Program-made: the position numbers and the translations under genes
The notes under the pieces: model-generated
Told to the model about the DNA's origin: nothing
Database searches by the model: none
The model's input: the letters and a program-made list of their open reading frames with translations, nothing else
Part shown: positions 38,374 to 51,194 of the stretch, piece after piece
Position numbering within the stretch: position 1 is the stretch's first letter
Layout: every line of letters starts with the position of its first letter
NCBI GenBank assembly: GCA_951406725.2
Contig: OX597824.1
Span: forward strand, 3,286,001-3,350,000
Direction of reading: 5' to 3'
Length of the DNA stretch: 64,000 nucleotides
From: Octopus vulgaris
Lineage: Eukaryota

Positions 38374-41232
38374 TGTGTGAGTGTGTGAGTGTGTGTGTGT
38401 GTGTGTGTTTGTTTACATCTGCATGCTATAAAATTTGTGAGCTGCTTGTCTGCTTGTTTCAACCCTTGAGAAATAAAGATTCATTACTTCGAAGAAAAAA
38501 AAACAAAAAGAAATGGTGATAAAAAAAAAGATTACAGATAAGAAAGGCATCCAGTAACAGGACATTGCTTCAATAATGTATTTGTCTAACCCAGAGCTAG
38601 AATTTTTTTTTTAAAAAAAAGGCGTAGGAATGGCTGTGTGGTAAGTAGCTTGCTTACCAACCACATGGTTCTGGGTTCAGTCCTACTGCGTGGCACTTTA
38701 GGCAAGTGTCTTCTACTATAGCCTTGGGCCAACCAAAGCCTTGTGAGTGGATTTGGTAGACGGAAACTGAAAGAAGCCCATCGTGTATATGTATATGTAT
38801 ATATGTGTGTATGTGTTTGTATGTCTGTGTTTGTCCTCCCAACATCGCTTGACAAGCGATGGTGGTGTGTTTACATCCCCATAACTTAGCGGTTCAGCAA
38901 AAGAGACCGATAGAATAAGTACTAGGCTTACAAAGAATAAACCCTGGGTTCGATTATCTCGACTAAAGGCAGTGTTCCAGCATGGCCACAGTCAAATGAC
39001 TGAAACAAGTAAAAGAGTAAAGAGAGTAAAGAGAGTGTAAAGGAAACAACTAAAAAGTGGAGAGAATTTATTAATTTATATTTCAAAGTGAATCTTACCT
39101 CTTTCGGTGCCTGGCATCAAAGACATCAAAAAACTCCAGTTTCCAGTCATCCTCAAAGAATACTTTAATAAAATTTTCAGTTTCTTCATACAATACATCC
39201 ACATACAGAAGTTCTCCAATATCTCTGCGGCTTTTAATTACTTCAGCAATAGGTGTGTGTGGAGACAGGAGCTTTATTCCACTAAAAGTAAGTTAAAGAT
39301 TGTTTGTTTTTATTGTTTATTCTTTCAGAGAATACACAATGGTAAAAAAAAAAGTCACAATTAAACATAATTATAAATTCAGATTGTCACATGTGACGAT
39401 GGAAATTCAAAATTATAATTGCAAAATACTAACAACAATAATATACAAATCCATTGCAAGAAGGCTGAGGGTGTCTTGGCATCACTCACCAAGTATTTTG
39501 TGAGCTGCTCTCCGGCTATCTATCTGCGGCTTTATATAGCTATGGTAAGACCTCGCCTGGAATCTGCATCACTGGTCTGGAACCCCTATCTTGCCCAGGA
39601 TATTAATCGTCTGGAAGCTGTTCAGTGTCATGCAACCAAGAGAATACCCTCCATCAGGCATTTGCCATATTCTGAACGCCTTACTTCCCTAGGCAAGGAT
39701 ACATTGAAACTCCGACGTCTGGCAACTGACTTGGAAGACACCCATAAAATTATTAACCATCTTACAAACAATAACTCTGAGCACCTTTTCAAACTCCACC
39801 TGTCTAACACCCGTGGACATGTTTACAAAGTCAGAAAACAGCACAGCTCCTTCCATGACTTTCGGAAACATTTTTTCACGTTAAGAGTTGCTGAAGCATG
39901 GAACAAACTGCCGGCATCAGTTGTTAGTTGTTGGAGTACTGCATCCTTCAAAACTTCTATGCTTCCTGAGATTCGCCAACACTACACCTGATTTTCTCCC
40001 CTCCATATACACGCAAGCGTGTATCTGACTCATACACTGTTCATTTCCCAGACATTTGTACATTACTGCATATACTTTATACGCACTTTTGACAAGTTGT
40101 GGTGCACCTGAGAACTGTATACAATAATTTCATTATTATTATTATTAAAAGAAGTATTGGACATCAGTCAACTCCAAGCAAAATAAATATGTTGGAACAC
40201 AAATGTGAGTACTTCTTTACCTTAGAAATTCCCTCAGAGAAAGGGAGTGGGGGGTAAATGCCAAACTTGTAGTAAATATATTTTATTGTCTCTGCAGTAA
40301 ATTATGATTATTGTAAAACACATCAGTTCTGACAGGAAATTTCCAGAAGTCTATAGTTTGTATATAACCTGACTGAAAGGAAATGCAACATTGAACATGT
40401 TTAGACATACAAAACCATTTAACGTAATGTCTAAGGCATTTTAATGTAATTATTGTTTTTAAAAGTATTTTGTTTTAATGTTGTAGGAAAAAAGTCTCCG
40501 AGTCAAACGCCCCAAGAATTGCGAAAGCTAAACAACTGCAAAAGCTAGGAGTTCCTCTCTCTCCAGGATAACACTTACTCAGTGATGTTAAAGTATTCAC
40601 TTTTGCCTTTGACTCCAGTAAATTCCAGATGGATTTTTCCATTAATTGTTGATAATCCTGATATGTTTACCTGGAATTCGTAAGCTGAAGTTAGAAAAAC
40701 AAAAAATTAGAAATATTTGCTATACATTTTTTCTTTACTCAATCAATAAAATTGATACCTGTCATACACTGGATCAATACAATTGCATGTATAACAAAAA
40801 TCACATGAAAATGAAAGTTTTTATTTCCACCACAATGACATCCTATAAAGCAGAGCTTTCTTCCTTTGAAAGTTGAATTAACAAAGTTTTATGGATCAAC
40901 CAGCAAAGAAGTCTTCATATTCAATAAATTGTAAACAATTCCCAAATCAGTCACAATTCATTCCACATATTTTACAACCTGGTTAAGAAACATTGCATGT
41001 ATATATATACAACAGGCTTCCTTCAGTTTCTGTCTACCAAATCGACTCACAAGTCTTTGGTCAGCCCGAGGCTATAGTAGATGACACTTGCTCAAGGTAT
41101 CACGCAGTGGGTCTGAACCCGGTATCATGTCGTTGGAAGGTAAGCTTCTTACCACACAGCTAAGCCTGTACACACACACACATACACACACTTACACATA
41201 CACATATATATAAATACACACGCACATACACA

Positions 41233-41283
<51 letters not shown>

Positions 41284-44129
41284 TTATTATTATTCATTAT
41301 TCCTTGAATGATCATTTTCCATGCTGGCATGGATTGGAAGGTTTGACCAGAGCTGGCAAGCCAGGGAGCTGCACCAGGCTCCAGTCGGATTTGGCAATGT
41401 TTCTACAGCTGGATGTCCTTCCTAACACCAACAATTTTTTAGAGTGTGCTGGGTGCTTTTAGCAGAGCCCTGGCACAGGATCCTTAAAGGGCAATCCTCT
41501 TCCCCAGTGGGGGTAGCCGTAACATTCCGGGCTGTAGAGTACAGGTCTTCTTGAGTACAGCACAGGGGTCAGCTATCTTGGTCCTTTGTCATCTTGCCTG
41601 AAAGGCTCAGCATCATGAGCACTTCATCCCATGTCTTCCGAGGTCTCCCCTTCCACATGTTCCATCTAATTTCAGAGATCAGCACTTGTTTATGGAGCTG
41701 TTGGTGTCCATCCACATCACATGACCAAACCAGCAGTCTTATATGTGGGTGTGTGTGTGTGTGTGTGTATATATAAATAAACATGTATGTGCATATGTAT
41801 GTGTGTGTGCATGTATATACATATATGTGTATATATATCTATATGTATATATATAAATATAAACAGCTAAAGACAATGTAAGACCATAAAGTAAAAATTC
41901 TATCATCACTAATTGTAACTGAGAGCATTGGAGCACCTTTATTGCAAGAAACAGGTGTTAAGAGCTCTTAATGCTGTAAGAAGCATACAATACATATGCA
42001 CCGACAGGAGAGATAACCACCCTATTTGGATCGCTGGGATCACGAGGCTAGTTTCACCTATCAGTCATAGGTTCATCAGTAGTGACAACTCAAACACTCA
42101 ATGGTTTGACTAAATCCAGGTGTCACAATGCGCTTCGCATTGTTTTAGCCTTGAAACGACGCCACCCCGCTGGCTAAACAAGCAGGCCAACAGAAAAAAG
42201 AGTGAGAGAAAGTTCTGGTGAAAGAGTACAGCAGGGATCGCCACCACCCTCTGCTGGAGCCTCGTGGAGCTTTAGGTGTTTTTGCTCAATAAACACTCAC
42301 AACGCCCGGTCTGGGAATCGAAACCGTGATCCTATGACCACAAGTCCACTGCCCTAACCATTGGGCCATTGCACAAGAAATAAGAGTTAAAAACTCTTAA
42401 TACAAACTTAAAAAAGGAAAATGGGCCACTTCGGTATATAATAGTCAGAAAAAAAACAAAACAATTCGAACATTTTCTTTATCTTCGTTGCCTTGAAATG
42501 ATAAGATAATGAAACAATTACCAGTAGGTGATTGGTTCATTATCTTATCCACCCTGAAAGAATAAAAAGTAAATTTGACTACAGCAAGATTTGAACTCAG
42601 GCTGTAAAGCAGCAGAACCACAACACCAAAGATTCGGTCATTGTACTGCGGTCAGCGTTCTTTTATCCTTAGTACATTCAAACAGTTGTCAAATGAACCT
42701 GTAAATCTGAATTATCTCATCCTCTGTGAATTAACACAGATTTGCCGTATGATTACAGCTGATAATTCTAGTTGTGACAGCGATAGATTATGTAAACTGA
42801 TGGGAATTTCATTATGGGAAAACTGAAATCATACAGTCTGGACAATATTCATGACATTAGAGTCAGAATGCAAGAGTGCAAGCATTTTTGTATTGGTCCG
42901 TAGTTATGTATATTGGTCCACCATACGTGTGTGTGTGTGTGTGTCTATTTGTAGATACATAGATGGCCAAACAGACAGACAGATAGATATCTATTTTTTT
43001 TCACTCCTTGTTTATTCTGTGTCCCTTTCTGTAGAAAAGCATAGGCTCGAAACGTCAAAGACTTTTTCTATTCCTGAGCATTATACTAATACATCTGTTT
43101 GTTGTCTACACCACCTGTCTTTGTCTTTTGTTTTTTTCCGTAAACTCACCCTAGATAGATATGTTTCTTTATTAGCCACACAGGGCTGCACACAGATAGA
43201 ACAAATTACAAGGTAGAGCTTTTCTTTTGAAGGTTTAAGAAAGAAAAAAAAAAAAAAAAAAAAGGGGGAGTTTCGATCAAAAGGGATCGTAAAAGGAGAG
43301 AAAGAGGACAAAAAAAGGGGGGTTTAAAAAAAGGGAGGGAGGAAAAAAAATTGATCAATAGGGATCGTTATCACAGAAATGTCAATATGAAGTGTAAAGG
43401 GGAGGACAGGTGAGGTTTACCCGTGCAAAGAAAAGCCTACGGAAAAGACCACGGTAACCTCGGTCAATGATGTCACATTTTATATTTCTTTTTTTTTTTT
43501 TTTGCAAATAAGCAACTCTCTGTTTTCGATTTCTGGGTTCATAGGACTATGCTCAAGGTGGCTTCGTCATTCATACGTGCCATTCTTGCTACATTCACCC
43601 ATCTTTTTTTAAAACATTCGCTAGACAAAACTTGCCTCTCTACTCTCACTTTCCTTTTCAAGTGGTACTTGAAGAAGTTGATGAGAGATTGACCAGAGAG
43701 GAAAGTGTTTGTCTCCAATCCTTTCAGACGCGTCCACCAGATACATTCTTTCGCCATAGCCACAAGGATGATGAAAATAGCTCTTCCTTCCCGTTTGAAG
43801 GAAGGAGGCGTGACAATATTGACGATAGACTCAGCTGATAAACCGACTCGTCCCACACGTGACAGCAGTTGTTCGACATAAGCCCACAGGTCGGAAATTG
43901 TTGGACACTGAACGAGTGCGTGCAGAACGGTTTCGTCGCTCTGACCGCATCTCGGGCAGGTCGGCCCCGTGTTTCTCGAGCCGTGTCTGTAGAGCTTATC
44001 CCGAACGGGTAGCGCTTCTCGGTAGCACTGCCAGGCCAGGGATCTCTGGAAGTTGTCCATGGGCCCTGGCCCGAAAGTCGTCCTGAACAGGCGGGTCAGG
44101 TACTCCTCGTCGACGTCCAGATAGATAGT

Positions 44130-44213
<84 letters not shown>

Positions 44214-47200
44214 CAGATAAATAGATAGAGATATACAGTATTACATAGGAACAACTCCAGGTGGGGCTAGCTTGCAAATATTTACATCATTACCTGCAAC
44301 AATTTTAAAGCATAATATAACATATATATTGTAAAATGTGTGCACACACACACACACACATACACACACACATACATACACACACATACACACATACATA
44401 TATAGACGTAGTAATGGCAATAAACATAGTTAGGTTTGATTTAAATATATTCACATGGAGCACACACAATACAGAATAGAAGTACAAAATGAAATATGAC
44501 GACAATATGTAGTTTCTTGACTTCACAGCTGTTTCAGGAAGCTCAGACTTACGTAATAATCATAATAATCATGATTTGCAAATGAAAAGTGCAAAAAGTG
44601 TCACAGGCATGTACAAGTAACCAGTCATATGAAGATATTCTTTTCTACTCTAGGTACAAGGCTTGAAATTTTTGGAGAGGGGGCCAGTCGATTAGATCGA
44701 CACCAGTATGCAATTGGTACTTAATTTATCAACTTCGAAAGAATTAAAGGCAAAGTTGATCTCAGTAGAATTTGAACTCAGAATGTAAAGACAGACGAAA
44801 TACCTATTTCTTTACTACCCACAAGGGGCTATACACACAGGGGACAAACAAGGACAGACAAACGAATTAAGTTGATTATATCAACCGCAGTGCGTAACTG
44901 GTACTTATTTAATAGACCCCAAAAGGATGAAAGGCAAAGTCTACCTCAGCAGAATTTTAACTCAGAACGTAGCGACAGACAAAATACCGCTAACGTTTCT
45001 ACCAGCTCACTGCCTTGTCATATGAAGATATTACAGTAAGTCTCACTCCATTCAGCAAGAGAAGATTGGCAAAAGGGTCCATCCTATTGGGGTGGTGTCA
45101 ATAGGATGAACTGAAACCATTCAAAGCAACACTCAAGCACAGCCAGAATCGAATGAGTGAAAGCCAGTAAAAGATCAAAATATAAACATTTAAGTGATGC
45201 TATTAGGAAACAATGATGAAAAAAAATTTTAATTTTGTTTTACATTGCAGTATAAATTTTTACAAGGAGGATTTCAAATTGATTGTCATAAGGATTCATA
45301 AGGCTGGAACCTAACTCATTTTCCATGGTGTATGTCTGAAATTACAACCCACCACCACCACCACCGAATGGGATGCCAGTCTGTGACAGGGTTCACTTGG
45401 CAGCTGCTGTCAGAAATCCCTTTAGAGCTGGAGTGGACGGAAGCAATTTGGAATGAAATGGTTTTTGCTCAATATCACAGTGCATCACCCACTCTGAGAA
45501 TTGAAACCACCACGTTACAATCATGACCACAGAGTGTTGTGGTCATGAATTTTTGTCTGCACCTTCACACTTAACTTGCATCAATCAAGCTGTGAATGTA
45601 AGAAAATATTAATTCCCCATCATTTAATGTCTGTTGTTCATGCTGTCATGTGTTGGACGGTTTGACCAGGATTGGGAAGCAGGAAGGCTGCACCAGGCTC
45701 CAGTCTGATTTGGCATGGTTCCCTACAGCTGGATGCCCTTCTTAATGTCAACCACTCTGAGATGGGTGCTTTTATGTGCCACTGGCTCGAGTGCCATTTC
45801 CATGACACCAGTATCTTCCGTGACTGCAATTTTGCTCGGCTTCATGGGTCTTCTTCTCAAGCACGACATAATACCAAAGGTCTCGGTATTGTAAGAAATA
45901 AAAAATGACAAGCAGAAATATCTTCCAAAAAATTTGTGTAATTAGAAGAAACCAAAATTTAAACAGAATCACTTATCGTGGTATGAAATAGAATCAATAA
46001 GTTTAAGACTTACCACAGTATGGAACGGAAGCAAAGGTTTCCAGCATCTGTTTACCTCTTCCTAAGGATTTATCAGCATGAAACCCCATCAATCCAATGT
46101 GACCAAGTGAATAAAAGCATTTTCCACTATGAAGATCTTCAACTGTATCACAGGGGTAACTTATGAGGGGACAACGACTGTTAATCGATTCGATATAAAA
46201 ATATTGAGATCTTTTATGACTGCACGAGAATATATTGGCAACGTCTGCAAAGATAAAAGAAAACTAATGTGATGGGGAAAAGAAATTTAGTTTCATAAAA
46301 CACATGGGTATCCCTGGACATGTCTTTCTCCAGTTATTCTTTCATTTTTCAGTTCTTAGTTTGCTTCCAAACCACAAGGTTTTAGGTTCAGTTTCAGTGC
46401 AGAGCCTCTTGCACAAGTGTTTTCTGCTATAGACACACAGGTAGACCAAAGCCTTGTAAAGGGATAGGGTAAATGGAAACTGAAAGAAACCTGTTGTGTA
46501 TGTATGCACATATGTGCACATGTGTGTGTGTGTGCATGTGCATGCATGCATGTGTGTGTGTGTGTGTGTCTCTCTCTCTCTCTCTCTCTCTCTCTTTGTC
46601 TTGATGTCATGTAATACTCATGAATGGCACCATCACAGAAGCAGTTCCTTCACTTCCAGTCTTACAGGAGAGCGTGTTTAGCCATGGAGAAATATTTCCT
46701 GACTTGGAAACAGGTGAAGACGGGAAATGCATGTAGCCACCCCAATCCAATCTGTAAACATGGAAACATGGGAAGCGAGGCATTAATCCAAAGACGATGA
46801 CGATAATGATGATTGACATCAACTAATGGCAGTTTAATGAATAAATGACAAGAAGAAGTTCCACTGAGGTGGCTGACATGTCTCACCTGCAATGTTGACT
46901 TTGTATCAAAATTAAGTCAAAAACATTAATTAGTAATTCCAATTAATCAAAATTCTCCAAGTCTCTAAATCAGTGTTCTTTGAAATGACAAAGGTCATTT
47001 CTTCTCACTCATTATAGTGAAGACATGTGGCTTAGTGGTTAAACTATTCAGCTCATGAGTGTAAAGTGATGAGTTCAATTCCTGTTGTGTCTTTGAGCAA
47101 AACACTTTATTCCTCATTGCACCAGTCCACTCAATTGTCAAACGTGTAGATACTCGTCCATCTAGAATACTGCTGCCTCCAATCCTAATTTATCGAGGAT

Positions 47201-49921
47201 ATTTGCATAGAGAGTGATCACATCAAAACTAACTAGAATCTTCTTTAGATTTGCTATTTTTGAAATGTTATTTGGGAATTTCATCTCTGATAAAACTAGG
47301 AACTAGTTTGCATAATGGTTCCAAAATTGTTTCTAATAAATTGCTTAATTGTTGGGCACTTGATGTTGGTTCTACAACAACTGGACATAATTATAAATGA
47401 GACAGCTTGGAGATTTTTATACATGATGTATTTTTGTATGTGATGCATTTCTGTGTATGGTGTATAGAAGTTCTTTAACCCTTTCGATACCAACCTGATT
47501 GAAACCACCTCTGGGGCTCTGAGTACAAATGTCTTGTTTCCATAAGTTTTGAATTAAAATCTTCCACCAAACCTTAGTCACAATTGATGTTCCTAACACT
47601 GGCTTAATGATAACTAAGTTATTTTACTAAATTCTTTGTTGTATTTAAAATTAATTGAAAGAAACACAGAACATCTCAACAGAAATATGGTAACAAATGG
47701 GTCAAGCTGTGAAATTGACCGAATGTTTAGAAGTCACAAAAGTTACTTCTTTTTACCTCAAAATTAGATAATCCAACTTTTTTCCATTAAATTACTTTAG
47801 AATTTGTTAATTTTTGCTATTTTGGAGATTCAACACGAAACTATTCGCTTGCAAATGAGTTTTCTAATTACCCAACCAACACTGCACCTACTTCATTGCC
47901 AATAATCTTTTTCCCTTCATCGTAAAATAGATATCATCCACCAAAAAATAGTTAACCTACTTACTGTCGTTGGCTTTATTTATTATATTAAGGATTCCCC
48001 CGATGATTGAACCTGGAATCTTGGATTGTGTACAACCAGGCTGGAAATGTCCTCCATTGGGGTAAAAATCGACGTCTCCAACAGGAGCATTCATTCCAAG
48101 AGAGAAATCTATGATGTCACCAGTGTCTGTGTGAATGACATCCACAAAATCAGCATCGGTTGGGTCGAGATGAACCTTGGGATCTGTTGACTCAAAATAG
48201 GGAGCTGCGGGATCCAAACCTGTAAGAAAAGGGTTAAAAGAGTAAACAATCAACTTACTTCCTGTTGTGTCTTAATAACATTTGACATTCGAAGAAATCT
48301 TAAGAGTCAGATTTGATTGGCAGACTATTTCTTGTTACACATATTGAATAAACTTTGCTATATTGAACATTCATATCATACACACACACACGTACACACA
48401 CACACACACATAAGTATGTATGAGGTTAAAGAAATAAGAACCCGTAGCCACTCATAATAAGGAGTACTGGTGAAATGTCGCAGTACAAACCTCAATAAAA
48501 TGTAAACATAATAGACCAGACATAGTGATTTGGGACAGAGAAGAGAAATTGTGTAGAGTTGTAGACATTAGTTGCTCTCAGTATATGTTAACATAAAGTT
48601 AAAGATCGGCTAAAAAGAAAAAAATCTATGCTGAACTCTTGAGAAATTTACAGTTACTCTACTCAGATTACAAGTTCAGGTTTATACCTGTAATTATTGG
48701 GGCTCTGAGATCTGTAACACACAATTCTTAAGTATCAATCTTGAGAAATTAGGCTTGTCAAAACTAGAAAGAAGAAAGCTGATTCGAAGACTACAGCTCC
48801 AATCCATCAGTGGAACTGTAAAAATCTGTAAAACTTTGCAGAAGTTTATCATTTAAATATATATGAGCGTGTCTAGATATGCAACTATATGCATGAGAAG
48901 ACATACATAAAACAAAACATACAAATCTGTATGTGCACTGACTCCAGATATTGCATAACTCTTGATGAAGGTGCATGACATCATCAGATTTTTGTTTCAC
49001 TTGTGGCTAGATTGTGAGGGTGGCTCTCTATGTCACTGCAGGACACCACTCACTATTTGTATTTCCTTAGAGGTGGTACCTTTGGCTACTACTGCCTGGA
49101 TTTTATCTTTCAGAAAGTCATGTAACCACTTTTCTAGTTTTCCAACTATTCTAAGATCATGCCAACTTTATCAAAGACTTTCACCAAGTTGAGATATATC
49201 ACATCCACATTTGAGTGGTTGAAACATCCAGTCATAATGCTTTAAGGGCTGTATCAGGTAGCTTCTCCTTGATCAGACATCACGGTGGGTGTCGGTCAGC
49301 AGATTATTTTCTTCAAGGAACATGATTTGTTTCCTTCTGACTATTCGTTCCTTGAATTTGCTGCTATGCAAGGTTACAGGGATAAACTTCCATTTTTTAG
49401 GCATCTGCCCTGCTCCCTACATTATGAATGGGGGCATATTGTTCCTTCCTTCAACTTGTCTGGAAGTTTGTCATTTGCAAGGAAACTCTGGAAGACAGAC
49501 TGTGGTTGCTTTGCTGTTGCACATTTATATATATGTATATATATAAATGTGTGTGTGTAGGTGTGTGTAGGTGTGTGTAAAAGGGTAAAGAGCCCCTTCA
49601 GTCTGGAATGGCCATGGGATGCTCCTAGAAAGTTCCCATCAGAAGCACAAGTCCGGGCAAGGTTGTTTACAGAAGACCAGCATTCGCCCATGCATACCAG
49701 TCTTCCCTCTCCGTGCCACCGATGTAATTCAAGGGAGAAGCAAAAGCTGATACAGCCTGGCACCAGTAAGGTTGCAACTCATTTCTACAGCTGAGAGAAC
49801 TGGAGCAACAGGAAATAAAGGGTCTTGCTTAAGAAGACAACACAGAGCCATGCCCAGGAATCAAACTCACTACCTCATGATTATGAGCTCAATGCTTTAA
49901 CCACTGAACCATCCACTTTCA

Positions 49922-49966
<45 letters not shown>

Positions 49967-50004
49967 ATTGGTGAATGTTTGAGTAATATATGTATGTATG
50001 TATG

Positions 50005-50035
<31 letters not shown>

Positions 50036-51163
50036 GTATGTGTGTGTATATATATATGTGTGTGTGTGTGTGCACAGAGCCAAAATCAATTGTTGCAAAT
50101 CAGTATGACACCAAGCTGATCATAACAGATAAAGCAATAAATAACAAAACTAAAAAAACATGATTCATAAATTTGATTAATCTGGCGATATGAAGAAGAA
50201 AACAAAATTTCCTGATAAGCGTCTTCGAGGACTGATAAAGCTGTTTGCACAAGCTGTCCACTGTACGAAATATTACATGTGCGTACTGATATCTATGTGT
50301 TGCTGTAGTTACTTATTCAACAGATCAAAAGTATTCCAGCCATGACCACCCTCACTTGTATATACGTAACTGCATTACTCAATGTATGCCATCATATTTT
50401 TTTAAGAGGGTAGAATCGAGGGAAACTGGATAACTACATCAAGCTGCTTTGCAAGTTTATAGAGACTCCCTTGTCGGATTGTAGATTATATAAATGGCTT
50501 ATATCCATGTAGAGAATTGATTTATAAGCATTTAAGAATAAATCTGCACTTATTGAGATCAACTAATAGCACATCTTTAAATGTGTAAATTCAAGAGAAC
50601 TTGCAGGCATATAATCAGTCAGAGCAGTTTTTAAGAGCCCTACATTTAGCACAAAAGCAGTGAAGCATGAATTTCCCATATAGCTCATACTTTAATTGTG
50701 CTCATTAGCGGCCTTCGTTATGCATTTGGTGGGGTTTATCTTAATGTTGAGCACATTTATGTATGAACTAGCTCTATGACCCGACAACGCCGGGTCATAG
50801 TGCTAGTGCATGCATATACAGCTGCATGCGTGCGCACATACACACGAGTACTGTCCAAATCTCTGACCAATCACATACAGCTAGCTGGCATTCAATTGGT
50901 GTATCAAGTTTCGGGCATTTTGATTGGGTTTTGGATAAAAAATTCACAAAAAAGTCACTTCTATTGATTTTTTAATGGCTTTGCAACATATAGGCGCAGG
51001 AGTGGTTGTGTGGTAAGTAGCTTGCTTACCAACCACATGGTGCTGGGTTCAGTCCCACTGTGTGGCACCTTGGGTAAGTGTCTTCTACTATAGCCTCAGG
51101 CTGACCAAAGCCTTGTGAGTGGATTTGGTAGACGGAAACTGAGAGAAGTCTGTCGTATATATG

Positions 51164-51194
<31 letters not shown>

